Source: Acholeplasmataceae bacterium (GTDB taxonomy: Bacteria > Bacillota_I > Bacilli_A > Acholeplasmatales > Acholeplasmataceae). Taken from it: a stretch of DNA of 64,000 bases. This document shows, piece by piece, positions 9,449-18,430 of this stretch. The DNA is taken from contig OY775910.1 in NCBI GenBank assembly GCA_963675245.1, forward strand, positions 1,504,001 through 1,568,000, in the 5' to 3' direction. A program made the translations under genes and the position numbers. Each line of letters starts with the position of its first letter. The stretch's first letter is position 1. Under the pieces are notes generated by a model that was given only the letters and a program-made list of their open reading frames with translations, had not been told where the DNA came from and did not search any database.

Positions 9449-11409
9449 TATTCTACCCCCATCTCAAGATCAAAATCATCGCTCATTTCAAAATCAACGT
9501 TTTCTTCAATCCATTCTCTTCTTGGTGCGACAGCATCACCCATTAAAATAGATATTCTGCGATCTGATGCGCCAAAATCATCAATTTTCACTTGAATAAG
9601 TGATCGTTTAGTAGGATCCATAGTTGTTTCCCATAATTGGGATGCATTCATTTCACCAAGACCTTTATAACGTTGAATATTGTAAGGATTACCATCAATA
9701 TATGATTTCAATTCGTCATCACTCCATGCATAAAACGACTCTTGTTTCTTTCCACGGCCACGTGTAATTTTATATAAAGGTGGTTGTGCAATAAAGAGTC
9801 TTCCATCTTCAATAAGAGGACGCATATATCTAAAAAAGAATGTGAGCAATAAGACTTGAATGTGTGCACCATCGGTATCAGCATCAGTCATAATGATAAC
9901 TTTTTTATAATTACATTTTTTAATATTGAAATCCGGACCAAAATCAGCGCCAATCGTGTAAATCATAGTGCTGATTTCTTCATTTTTTAAAATCGTATCT
10001 AAAGATGCTTTTTCAGTATTTATAACCTTACCACGTAGCGGTAATATGGCTTGAAAGCGTCTATTTCTGCCTTGTTTTGCCGATCCACCTGCAGAATCCC
10101 CTTCCACTAAAAACAATTCGTTTTTCTCAGGATCTTTTCCTTGAGCTGGTGTCAGCTTGCCAGAAAGCGTCACTTCTTTTTTGCTCTTGGCTTTCCCAGT
10201 TCTCGCTTCTTCTCTAGCTTTACGTGCTGCTTCTCTCGCTTTTTGAGCACTTAATGCACGGTTAATAATTGAAGAAGCAACCTTTTTACTTTCTTCTAAA
10301 TAAGTAGTCATATGTTCATAAATGACACTATCTGTTGCGTTTCTGGCTTCCGGTGTACCTAATTTACCTTTTGTCTGGCCTTCAAACTCTAACACTTCTT
10401 CAGGTATACGAAGCGAAATAATGGCTATAATACCTTCTCTAATATCAGAGCCATCCAAGTTAGAATCCTTTTCTTTGATTAAACCATACTTTCTAGCATA
10501 ATCGTTGATAGATCTGGTTAAAGCTGATTTAAATCCAACCTCATGTGACCCACCATCAACTGTTCTTACATTATTAACAAATGAGATAATTTGTTCATTA
10601 TAACTATGTGTAAATTGAAGTGCAATATCAGCTTCAATAAATTTTTTCTTGTTATGTTCTAAAGCGACGTTTTGTTCAAAAACGATGACTTCATTGATGG
10701 GTTTTTTATTTTCAGCTAAAAAGTGAATATATTCTTTAATCCCTTCATCATATTGAAAGGTCACTTTTTCGCCATGACGTTGGTCATTTAAATTCATTTT
10801 TAAACCTTTAATTAGAAAAGCAGATTCTCTCATTCGCTCTTTAATTAAATCATATGAAAAAAGCGTTGTAGAAAATATTTTTGGATCTGGTTTAAACCAA
10901 ACCGTTGTTCCTGTTTTTCGTGTACTACCTAAATTAATAAGTGGCTCGATTTTTGTACCACCATTAGAAAATTTTTGTTGCCATATACCTTTATCACGGT
11001 AGACCGTGACATATAAAAATTGCGAGAGTGCATTAACGACTGATGAACCTACTCCGTGTAAGCCTCCAGATACTTTATAACCAGAGTCATCTGAGAACTT
11101 ACCACCAGCATGGAGTATAGTAAAAATAACCTCAGTTGTCGGTTTCCCTGATGCATGTGGCTTATAAGGCATACCACGCCCATTATCAGAAACTTCAATA
11201 CTGTTGTCACTTTTAATCGTTAAGGTAATTTCATCGGCATAACCAGCTAGTGCTTCATCAATTGCATTATCAATAATTTCCCATACTAAATGATGAAGAC
11301 CTCTTTGGTCTGTTGAGCCAATATACATCCCTGGTCTTTTACGGACTGCCTCCAGTCCTTCGAGAATTTGAATGGATTTTTCATCGTAAGTTTTATTCGT
11401 TCTGTTCAC
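9448..11409 (-). CDS. parE: DNA topoisomerase IV subunit B
   Basis: EAVRKRPGMYIG, EGDSAGG, PLRGK, MTDADTDG, PRREWIE; divergent from plsY as in Firmicutes. Probable GTG start at 11409. Confidence 0.95.
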   Translation of the reverse strand: MNRTNKTYDEKSIQILEGLEAVRKRPGMYIGSTDQRGLHHLVWEIIDNAIDEALAGYADEITLTIKSDNSIEVSDNGRGMPYKPHASGKPTTEVIFTILHAGGKFSDDSGYKVSGGLHGVGSSVVNALSQFLYVTVYRDKGIWQQKFSNGGTKIEPLINLGSTRKTGTTVWFKPDPKIFSTTLFSYDLIKERMRESAFLIKGLKMNLNDQRHGEKVTFQYDEGIKEYIHFLAENKKPINEVIVFEQNVALEHNKKKFIEADIALQFTHSYNEQIISFVNNVRTVDGGSHEVGFKSALTRSINDYARKYGLIKEKDSNLDGSDIREGIIAIISLRIPEEVLEFEGQTKGKLGTPEARNATDSVIYEHMTTYLEESKKVASSIINRALSAQKAREAARKAREEARTGKAKSKKEVTLSGKLTPAQGKDPEKNELFLVEGDSAGGSAKQGRNRRFQAILPLRGKVINTEKASLDTILKNEEISTMIYTIGADFGPDFNIKKCNYKKVIIMTDADTDGAHIQVLLLTFFFRYMRPLIEDGRLFIAQPPLYKITRGRGKKQESFYAWSDDELKSYIDGNPYNIQRYKGLGEMNASQLWETTMDPTKRSLIQVKIDDFGASDRRISILMGDAVAPRREWIEENVDFEMSDDFDLEMGVE

Positions 11410-11539
11410 ATTTTCACCATCTTTTTGTCTTATCCTTATTATAGCAAAAAAGATACTCAACTACAATATTTGAACATGTTTTATTTCGCGTGAAAAAAAG
11501 TATAAATCATGCTATAATAACACATATTGGAGGAAGTTT

Positions 11540-12190
11540 ATGACCTATTTATATATCATATTACTAATGATACTATCTTATCTCATGGGAAGCATTCCAA
11601 GCGGTGTTCTCGTTGGCAAAGTTTTTAAACAAATTGATATTAGACATCATGGATCAAAAAACACCGGTACAACCAATTCAATCCGTGTTTTAGGTTGGGG
11701 TTTAGGTATCCTCGTATTCTTGTTAGATATTTTAAAAGGTGGGGCTGTCATTTTCTTGATTAGAGATTTAATCGGTGACACGTCTCTTTATCAGTTTGGT
11801 AGTTTTCAATTAGGTATATTAAGTGTTTATGGTTTCATGGCGGTAATTGGACATGTTTTTCCTGTTTTTCTCAAATTCAAAGGAGGAAAAGCAGTTGCAA
11901 CTACTTCTGGTGTAATGCTAGCTATTGAGCCTTGGACATTTGTTGCAGCAGTAGCGATATTCTTACTGTTTGTCTTAATTTCTAGATACGTATCTATTTC
12001 ATCTACTGTGATTGCTTTAATCGTATTGTCTTTCTTTATTTTACGTGCTGCTTTACCAGGATATCCAATCACCAATCAACCGACAAGAATCGTTGATGCA
12101 GTGGTCATCTTGTTATGTGCTGTTGTCATTATATTAAGACATAGAGCAAATTATCAACGCTTAAAAAAAGGAACAGAAAATAAAGTCTAA
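11540..12190 (+). CDS. plsY: glycerol-3-phosphate acyltransferase
   Basis: YLMGSIP, GSKNTGTTN, DILKG, GHVFP..FKGGKAVAT motifs. Confidence 0.95.
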   Translation: MTYLYIILLMILSYLMGSIPSGVLVGKVFKQIDIRHHGSKNTGTTNSIRVLGWGLGILVFLLDILKGGAVIFLIRDLIGDTSLYQFGSFQLGILSVYGFMAVIGHVFPVFLKFKGGKAVATTSGVMLAIEPWTFVAAVAIFLLFVLISRYVSISSTVIALIVLSFFILRAALPGYPITNQPTRIVDAVVILLCAVVIILRHRANYQRLKKGTENKV

Positions 12191-12225
12191 AAAAAATGCC
12201 TTTCGCAATCGCGATTGGCTTTTTT
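12189..12225. terminator. bidirectional terminator between plsY and the yneF-like gene
   Basis: A-run, imperfect GCC/TCGC...GCGA/GGC hairpin, T-run. Confidence 0.6.
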
Positions 12226-12448
12226 ATTTGTATTGGTTCATCGAGTTTAAGATTTGTCTGACTTGTTTTTCAGAAGGTGTTCTTCCCATTTGACGCATCA
12301 TTTCACGAATCATCTGTTCATTGACAGGTGGATTTTTTTCTAAATAGCGCTTGAACCAAGTTCTTGCACCAAAAAATCCTGCTACGCCTCCAACTAACAA
12401 TACTCCGACTAAAATTACTATAAATAACCATACTTGTAATCCAGGCAT
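12224..12448 (-). CDS. YneF/UPF0154 family small membrane protein
   Basis: TM helix followed by NPPVNEQMIREMMRQMGRTPSEKQV. Confidence 0.9.
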   Translation of the reverse strand: MPGLQVWLFIVILVGVLLVGGVAGFFGARTWFKRYLEKNPPVNEQMIREMMRQMGRTPSEKQVRQILNSMNQYK

Positions 12449-12531
12449 ATGATGTTCACGCTCCTTATCGTATTTATTCTACTTGATAATTTATGAAAAT
12501 ACAAGCATTCTTAGGATTTAATGTAATATTT

Positions 12532-13077
12532 TTAAGAACTTCTTTTCTTTCTATAAATCGTGATTCTTTTTATCCCATATGTTCGTTCTCTTGTCTTTTC
12601 AAAATTTAAAACTACATCTGGTAATATTTCTTTCTTTGCAGATTCACAAACAATATATGCGCCTAATGAAACTGTGTGGTCTAAAGCTTCCATAACTTCA
12701 GCATAAACCATTAAATCATAGGGTGGATCTAAAAAAACAACATCATAAGGATATCCGATTGGGTTCGCCAAAAAAGTACGATAATCTGATTTGATTGCTA
12801 CTACTCTTTCAGGTTCACCAAATGAACTTAAATTTTTTCTCACTGTCTTTACTGCGTCAATATCATGATCGATAGCAATCGCATGCTTAGCTCCTCTACT
12901 TATCGATTCAAGTGCATAAGCCCCTGAACCAGTAAATAAATCTAATACGACAGATTGTGCATCAATCTGAATCATATTGAAGACAGCTTGTCTGACCATA
13001 TCAGCAGTTTCTCTTGTTGTCTCTTTTCCTACTCGTGATAACTTACGACCACGATATAGTCCTCCAATAATGCGCAT
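12532..13077 (-). CDS. rsmD: 16S rRNA m2G966 methyltransferase
   Basis: MRIIGG, LDLFTGSG, E..SRGA, FLDPPY. Confidence 0.92.
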   Translation of the reverse strand: MRIIGGLYRGRKLSRVGKETTRETADMVRQAVFNMIQIDAQSVVLDLFTGSGAYALESISRGAKHAIAIDHDIDAVKTVRKNLSSFGEPERVVAIKSDYRTFLANPIGYPYDVVFLDPPYDLMVYAEVMEALDHTVSLGAYIVCESAKKEILPDVVLNFEKTRERTYGIKRITIYRKKRSS

Positions 13078-13105
13078 AATAATATCCTTTCATCTCTAAT
13101 AAAAT

Positions 13106-13259
13106 AAAAAAACCCTAGAAAGCTGTGAGAACGGTTTATGTTTCACGGTGGGAATTGACTTTATCAGTATTTTGGGATTCCAATGACTTGGCTTTCGACA
13201 CCCATACTGTTAAATTCCCGATTTAAAGATTTGGGTTCCACGGCTGCTTCCTAGGTTCA
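13106..13259 (-). ncRNA. ssrS: probable 6S RNA
   Basis: About 155-nt non-coding rod: CCTAGGAAGC/GCTTTCTAGG, GTGGAAC/GTTCTCAC, central bubble, GGGAATT/AATTCCC followed by ACC, CAGTAT/ATACTG. Own promoter and terminal U-run. Confidence 0.75.
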
Positions 13260-13264
13260 CCTAC

Positions 13265-13293
13265 AATTTAACATGAACGAATGAGAAAGTCAA
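13265..13293 (-). promoter_or_regulatory. sigma-70 promoter of the putative 6S RNA
   Basis: TTGACT (13293-13288), 17 nt, TGnTAAATT (hexamer 13270-13265). Confidence 0.65.
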
Positions 13294-13305
13294 GTCCATT
13301 GATTG

Positions 13306-14760
13306 CTAATAGTAAACGCTTACACGAACGAATGTACCACCATTAATCATGAGATTTAATAGGAGGTCTCGGACCTTCGTTTCGATGACGTAGTCATCGT
13401 TAATGGATTGTATATCAATACGCGCTGTTAAATACTCATCAACTTTCAAGTCTGAAAGGGGTGTTAATTGATAGTTTTTAGACATTTCTTGCATGTCTAC
13501 TAATGTCTCAAAGTAGACGATAAAACTAATGATGATTTTGGCTCTTATATTGAGATCTGTCAACAATTCAGCTAGGTGTTGTGTGCGTGCGATAATGAAT
13601 GCAGGTTTATGGAAAAATTGTTGTTCATATTCAGATTTATTAAAATCATGAAAATAGCGCATATCCATCTTGCGTTTTAACTTTGATTCTAAATAAGTTT
13701 TAAATTTAAGGACGCGCTTTTCAGCACGATAATGAAAATGTGCATTTATTTCGACAACATCTTTACCAAAAGCATATGCAACTATAATAAATTTAAAATA
13801 ATTTGCATAGACTAAAATATCTTGGAAAATACGATCAAATTCTTTTTGTGTACCCTTGAAACGATAATCTGCACAAAGTGTATAGCTTTCGTTGTAAACA
13901 AGTGGTTCAAATAAGGCATTAGCATAAACTTCCAACTGTCTATCGACATCATAATATTGATAAATATCATACGAAACACGACGATATAAAGTAACAAGTT
14001 CCCAAATACCTACTACTATCGTAATGATAAACAATGAACCTGCTAAACTATATCGCAATGGATCTGTAAATGAGGACAGTAAAACCAGGTAAATAACTGG
14101 TGGGAATAAACTGATTGCTAAGGCTCTAAACATAGATGTAAAACCTTTTAAGTGAATAATCCAGGCGAGTAAAAATAAGATTGTTACCATATAGAAAGTG
14201 AAGAATCGTTCCCAGTTAAAGTCATCTAATGTATTCACAATCATATTGATTTGATTAATGAATAAAAAGATACCTCCAGCAATAAACAACAGCATCAAAA
14301 GTTGTCTTAAACGCAAATACCACTTCATTGTATATAACTTTCTAGATTGTGGTAGGTGATAGAAATTTTTCATTGCTTTTCTATAATCATAAAATGGCCA
14401 TTTTGAGCCATGAAAAGAAATGTGAATTGGCAACACATCACCATCACTCATTATTTTGTTTAAATAGGTTTCGAAGCGTGCTAGCGGGTTTAAAACAAAG
14501 ATAAGGGTTGCTATCATCACAATCGGAATTTGATAATCTTGTAATAAGTATAGAAATAGTGCGGTTAAGCCACCATATATGATGTAAATGAACAATTTAG
14601 GTGTACTTCCAAATATATAAATAGCCATATATACGACAATGATAAGGACACTAATCAAAAAAATACCTTGTTCATGTACTTGTGCAAAAATAAGTACAAA
14701 AGGCAGAGTTATGAGTATAATTAATATGAAGATTAAGGATATAATTATACGTCGTTTCAT
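13306..14760 (-). CDS. polytopic membrane protein of unknown function with soluble C-terminal half
   Basis: Several hydrophobic helices in the N-terminal half; start moved to MKRRII (SD GAAGGGG). Confidence 0.7.
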   Translation of the reverse strand: MKRRIIISLIFILIILITLPFVLIFAQVHEQGIFLISVLIIVVYMAIYIFGSTPKLFIYIIYGGLTALFLYLLQDYQIPIVMIATLIFVLNPLARFETYLNKIMSDGDVLPIHISFHGSKWPFYDYRKAMKNFYHLPQSRKLYTMKWYLRLRQLLMLLFIAGGIFLFINQINMIVNTLDDFNWERFFTFYMVTILFLLAWIIHLKGFTSMFRALAISLFPPVIYLVLLSSFTDPLRYSLAGSLFIITIVVGIWELVTLYRRVSYDIYQYYDVDRQLEVYANALFEPLVYNESYTLCADYRFKGTQKEFDRIFQDILVYANYFKFIIVAYAFGKDVVEINAHFHYRAEKRVLKFKTYLESKLKRKMDMRYFHDFNKSEYEQQFFHKPAFIIARTQHLAELLTDLNIRAKIIISFIVYFETLVDMQEMSKNYQLTPLSDLKVDEYLTARIDIQSINDDYVIETKVRDLLLNLMINGGTFVRVSVYY

Positions 14761-14787
14761 GAATAACCCCTTCATTTCCATTATAAC

Positions 14788-14815
14788 AAAAAATGAGTGG
14801 GAAATCCCACTCATT
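14788..14815 (-). terminator. terminator of infC-rpmI-rplT
   Basis: AATGAGTGGG-AAAT-CCCACTCATT hairpin with a U-run on the minus strand. Confidence 0.8.
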
Positions 14816-14822
14816 ACATTTT

Positions 14823-15461
14823 TTAGATAACTTTCTTCAAAGCGTCAATTAATTCAGCTTTTTTCATTGTGCTATAACCAGAAAGTTCTTTTTCTTTTGC
14901 AAGTTCTTTGAGATCTTTAACAAGCATATTGTTAAGATCAACTGAAGCTGCTTTAATAGGAGCAGCTGGTGCTTTTTCCACTTTAGGTGCTGCTTCAACT
15001 TTAGGTGCTGCTTCAGCTTTTGGAGCAGCTTTTTCAACTTTTTTAGGTACTGCAGCTTTCTTAACTGGAGCTGCTTTTTCAACAACGGTTACTTCAGGTA
15101 CATTACCTGCAATTGCATCTAATGCAATTTTGACATAAGCGCTAAATCCTTCAGGTGCATTAACTGCTAAATCAGCTAATACTTTACGGTTTACATCAAC
15201 GTGTGCTAATGCTAATCCGTGGATTAATGTCGAATACTTTGTACCATTTAACTTAGCTGCTGCATTAATACGTGAAATCCATAATTTTCTGAATTCTCTT
15301 TTTCTTTGTTTACGATCACGGTAAGCATATTGAAGTGAACGCATGACTTGTTCATGTGCTGTACGATATAATGCATGTTTTGAACCAAAATAACCTTTGG
15401 CAAGTTTTAAAATCTTTTTACGACGTGCTCTGGTTGTCGTTCCACCTTTAACTCTTGGCAT
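14823..15461 (-). CDS. rplT: 50S ribosomal protein L20 with Ala/Lys/Pro linker and C-terminal Rho-N-like domain
   Basis: MPRVKGG...[24 protein letters not shown] core; about 95-aa extension ending [34 protein letters not shown]. Confidence 0.95.
   Translation of the reverse strand: MPRVKGGTTTRARRKKILKLAKGYFGSKHALYRTAHEQVMRSLQYAYRDRKQRKREFRKLWISRINAAAKLNGTKYSTLIHGLALAHVDVNRKVLADLAVNAPEGFSAYVKIALDAIAGNVPEVTVVEKAAPVKKAAVPKKVEKAAPKAEAAPKVEAAPKVEKAPAAPIKAASVDLNNMLVKDLKELAKEKELSGYSTMKKAELIDALKKVI
14980..15015. repeat. perfect 18-bp tandem repeat (2 copies) in the rplT linker
   Basis: ACTTTAGGTGCTGCTTCA x2, encoding EAAPKV repeats on the minus strand. Confidence 0.9.
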
Positions 15462-15473
15462 GTGTCATTCCTC

Positions 15474-15674
15474 CTACTTTAAATTCGAAATAAGTGACTT
15501 AATACGCTTTTCATCAGTAGGATGAACGCCGGTTTCGCCTCTTAATTGTCTGTTTTGTTTTGTTGTTTTTGATGCTGCTAAGTGGCCTTTAAATGCTTGA
15601 CCACGTTTAAGTTTACCTGTTCCAGTAACTTTAATTCTTTTTTTGAGTCCACTATGTGTCTTTTGTTTTGGCAT
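15474..15674 (-). CDS. rpmI: 50S ribosomal protein L35
   Basis: MPKQKTHSGLKKRIKVTGTGK; located between infC and rplT. Confidence 0.97.
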   Translation of the reverse strand: MPKQKTHSGLKKRIKVTGTGKLKRGQAFKGHLAASKTTKQNRQLRGETGVHPTDEKRIKSLISNLK

Positions 15675-15689
15675 GTTAATTACCTCTTT

Positions 15690-16223
15690 CTAATTATTCG
15701 TCGTTGGTGCAATGATTGCGACCATACTACGACCGTCCATTTTTGGTTTAGCTTCAACTGTAGCTTTATCGCCAACAGCTTCAATAAAGTTTTTAATCAC
15801 TTGTTCGCCAACATCTCGGTGCGTAATCATACGGCCATAAAAACGAATTGAAATTTTAACTTTGTCACCATGCTCTAAGAATCTTAGTGCGTGACGTAAT
15901 TTTGTTTCAAAATCATGTTTATCAATCGTTGGTGATAGTCTGATTTCTTTTAATTCAACTGTACGTTGATTTTTTTTCATTTCCCTTAATTTACGTTGTT
16001 GTTCATAACGATACTTTGAATAATTCATCAATTTGCATACAAGTGGCTTTGCGGTAGCCCCAGATACAGCAACTAAATCTAGTTCACGTTCTGTAGCAAG
16101 TGATAAAGCTTTGTCTTTACTCATTACACCAAGCTTTTCACCATCTTCAGCAATCAATAAGATCTGAACATTAGGGATGTTTTCGTTGATTAAATCAACT
16201 GTCTTGCTTTTGTTTTGCTTAAT
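15690..16223 (-). CDS. infC: translation initiation factor IF-3, AUU start
   Basis: IF3 motifs (DLVAV, KLMNYSKYRYEQ, KEIRLSP, GDKVK). The frame extends 22 codons upstream to ATT at 16223 (IKQNKSKTVDLINENI), 9 nt after the SD AAAGGAG. Confidence 0.93.
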   Translation of the reverse strand: MKQNKSKTVDLINENIPNVQILLIAEDGEKLGVMSKDKALSLATERELDLVAVSGATAKPLVCKLMNYSKYRYEQQRKLREMKKNQRTVELKEIRLSPTIDKHDFETKLRHALRFLEHGDKVKISIRFYGRMITHRDVGEQVIKNFIEAVGDKATVEAKPKMDGRSMVAIIAPTTNN

Positions 16224-16254
16224 AGCATTTCACTCCTTTATGTTGATATTTATG

Positions 16255-16365
16255 AAAAGAAAAAGTGCGTACGTCATGTACCCACTTAAAATAGTCAAAA
16301 TCGGCTTAGTGACTGGCTTGCCCATGAATGAATCATCAGGCGAGAGGGTACCTCTTCTTTTCACG
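16255..16365 (-). promoter_or_regulatory. L20 leader (ribosomal protein autoregulatory attenuator)
   Basis: AGAAGAGGTACCCTCTCGCCTGATGA...AAGTGGGTAC-ATGAC-GTACGCACTTTTT upstream of infC-rpmI-rplT, resembling the Firmicutes L20 leader with its terminator. Confidence 0.75.
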
Positions 16366-16373
16366 ACATAGTT

Positions 16374-16402
16374 ATTATACATGAGGCATATCTTATTGTC
16401 AA
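16374..16402 (-). promoter_or_regulatory. consensus sigma-70 promoter of the infC operon
   Basis: TTGACA (16402-16397), 17 nt, TATAAT (16379-16374). Confidence 0.85.
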
Positions 16403-16444
16403 GATAAAACACAATGAACTTTGTCATATTTCAAAGGGTCATCA

Positions 16445-17116
16445 TTATGCTACATGTATCTCTTTTAAGTATACCAAAAATATCAATGATAATCCATAGA
16501 TAATATTGTAATAAATAGATAGTTGATAATGACTAAACATGTGATGATAAAAAGGTAATATATAGTATAATTCGATTCTTGTTGAATCTTCTAAAACAAT
16601 GGATATTAACATATAAAATGCCACCATCAAGAACGCCGTTTGTCGATATCTTTTAGGAGTAATTAGTAGCATTAGAAAAAACAATAAGATCATATCGTAA
16701 ACAATCGAAAATGATACGATAAAGTTTGATAAGTCCATTGCTGGATATAAGAATGATGCAATCCCTAATCTTAGTACGTTGACAAATATGCATAATATAA
16801 TAATGATGATTATGTGAACACTCATTTTAAGACGAACAACTTTGTTTTTTGAGAAATAGGCATATAGAGGTTCATCGTAGAGACTATTGAAATCAAACGT
16901 AATCGTTGCAAGCAATGCAGTCAATACCACGCGCATGATTTGATGACTCACAATATCATAATAAAGAAAAACTTCTTTAGGATAAAGCAGACGGTCCAGT
17001 GCTGAATCATTCGTCACGACTATAGCTATTAAAATCGTTAAATAACATGCCAGTAATATGCCAATAGCAATCACTTTTTTCTTATGAAGCATATAATGTA
17101 ATATCAAGGTTCTCAT
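16445..17116 (-). CDS. ABC-2-like membrane permease (about 6 TM)
   Basis: Highly hydrophobic; ATGA-coupled to the upstream ABC ATPase. Confidence 0.6.
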   Translation of the reverse strand: MRTLILHYMLHKKKVIAIGILLACYLTILIAIVVTNDSALDRLLYPKEVFLYYDIVSHQIMRVVLTALLATITFDFNSLYDEPLYAYFSKNKVVRLKMSVHIIIIIILCIFVNVLRLGIASFLYPAMDLSNFIVSFSIVYDMILLFFLMLLITPKRYRQTAFLMVAFYMLISIVLEDSTRIELYYILPFYHHMFSHYQLSIYYNIIYGLSLIFLVYLKEIHVA

Positions 17117-17673
17117 AATGAAATAGTCCTTGTTTTTAACGCACTAAATACATCTGGTTGATGACTAGATACGATAATCGTCACACCTACATTCTTAAGC
17201 TCTTCTAAATAGTTAATTAACTTCTCGATACTTTTATCATCGAATCCAGATAAAGGTTCATCTAGAATAATCAATTCACCATGCCCTATCAATGTTGAAA
17301 TAATGCTTAATTTCTGCTGATTTCCTTTTGAAAGTTGATGAACATGTCTAAATAAAGGTACATCAAATAAATGTAACAAATTAGAGTTAATATCACATTT
17401 TTTCATATGCATATGAAGTTTTATAAAGTGATAACCTTCTACAAAATGCGGTAATGACATTTGTTCTGGCAAATAGCTTATTTTTGCTTTTTTTCTTTTA
17501 ATTAAACCTTTATCAGGCTTAATAAATCCAAGGATTAATCTTAAAAGTGTTGTTTTACCACTGCCATTTTTTCCTGTTAATAAAATAAATTCTCCTGTTT
17601 TTATATCAATATTATATGGCTTAATCACATCATACTTATATACATCATGAAGCGATATTAACGTTATAGACAT
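17113..17673 (-). CDS. short ABC transporter ATP-binding protein
   Basis: GKNGSGKTT, LSKGN signature, ILDEP, SSH. Confidence 0.9.
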   Translation of the reverse strand: MSITLISLHDVYKYDVIKPYNIDIKTGEFILLTGKNGSGKTTLLRLILGFIKPDKGLIKRKKAKISYLPEQMSLPHFVEGYHFIKLHMHMKKCDINSNLLHLFDVPLFRHVHQLSKGNQQKLSIISTLIGHGELIILDEPLSGFDDKSIEKLINYLEELKNVGVTIIVSSHQPDVFSALKTRTISL

Positions 17674-18430
17674 GATTTAGAACTCCTGATGAGTAAAGTA
17701 TCGCATTCTCTCTTAAATAGCTAAAATAGTCAATTATTTGCGTCTGATCATCTATATATGTTATCGCAATTGGACAAGCATATAACAATTGATCATCATG
17801 ATCGATAGTAATGGTCAATAGTTGATTGGAAATCGTATAATCAAGTTCTTGATTTAAGCCAATACTGACACTTTTAATTGTCTGTGATAATGTGTCAAAA
17901 CTAATTGCAATCTCTTTAATTCTGGCAATACTTACATCTATTTCTTTAATCGCTTCAAGACTAGTCCAAAACATATAATCGACGTCATCTTTAATATCCA
18001 TATAACTAAATGATCCAATTTCAAATAAATAATTGATACCATTAAGTAAGGTAATTTCAAGAAAGGTATTTGCTATCCAGTAATCATCATTTAAAACAGG
18101 CAACTCAAACTCGAGCATATATGTCGTATATATGTCGTTTAGATAATTTTCTTCTCCATCAATACTGATGTTTGATAAAGTCAATGCTAATTTTTTTGAT
18201 GAATCTTCATTGATCAAATAGATCGATTGATACGCATCCATGTTAGTTAATAGATGTTCATCATTGGTTAAATAAAGTGGGACATCAATACCCTGAAATG
18301 GATCCATGACACTATAATATTGTGAGATAGTAATGGCTTTATCAGCGCGTGGTTTTTGATTCAGTCTGATGACGATAACTGCTGATATAGCTAGAATGAC
18401 CAAACACATATAAGTGATAACTTGTTTCAT
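17645..18430 (-). CDS. membrane-anchored or exported acidic protein of unknown function
   Basis: N-terminal hydrophobic helix and acidic, beta-rich remainder; ATGA-coupled to 18427..19053. Confidence 0.6.
   Translation of the reverse strand: MKQVITYMCLVILAISAVIVIRLNQKPRADKAITISQYYSVMDPFQGIDVPLYLTNDEHLLTNMDAYQSIYLINEDSSKKLALTLSNISIDGEENYLNDIYTTYMLEFELPVLNDDYWIANTFLEITLLNGINYLFEIGSFSYMDIKDDVDYMFWTSLEAIKEIDVSIARIKEIAISFDTLSQTIKSVSIGLNQELDYTISNQLLTITIDHDDQLLYACPIAITYIDDQTQIIDYFSYLRENAILYSSGVLNHVYNVNIAS

Noticed and set aside
11471..11486. Possible LexA box (GAACATGTTTTA) upstream of parE
   Set aside because: Only one half-site matches GAAC-N4-GTTC, and no convincing box was seen before ruvA.
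16177..16427. ORFs 16177..16371 and 16230..16427
   Set aside because: They overlap the infC promoter, L20 leader and true infC start, so the region is better explained as regulatory.
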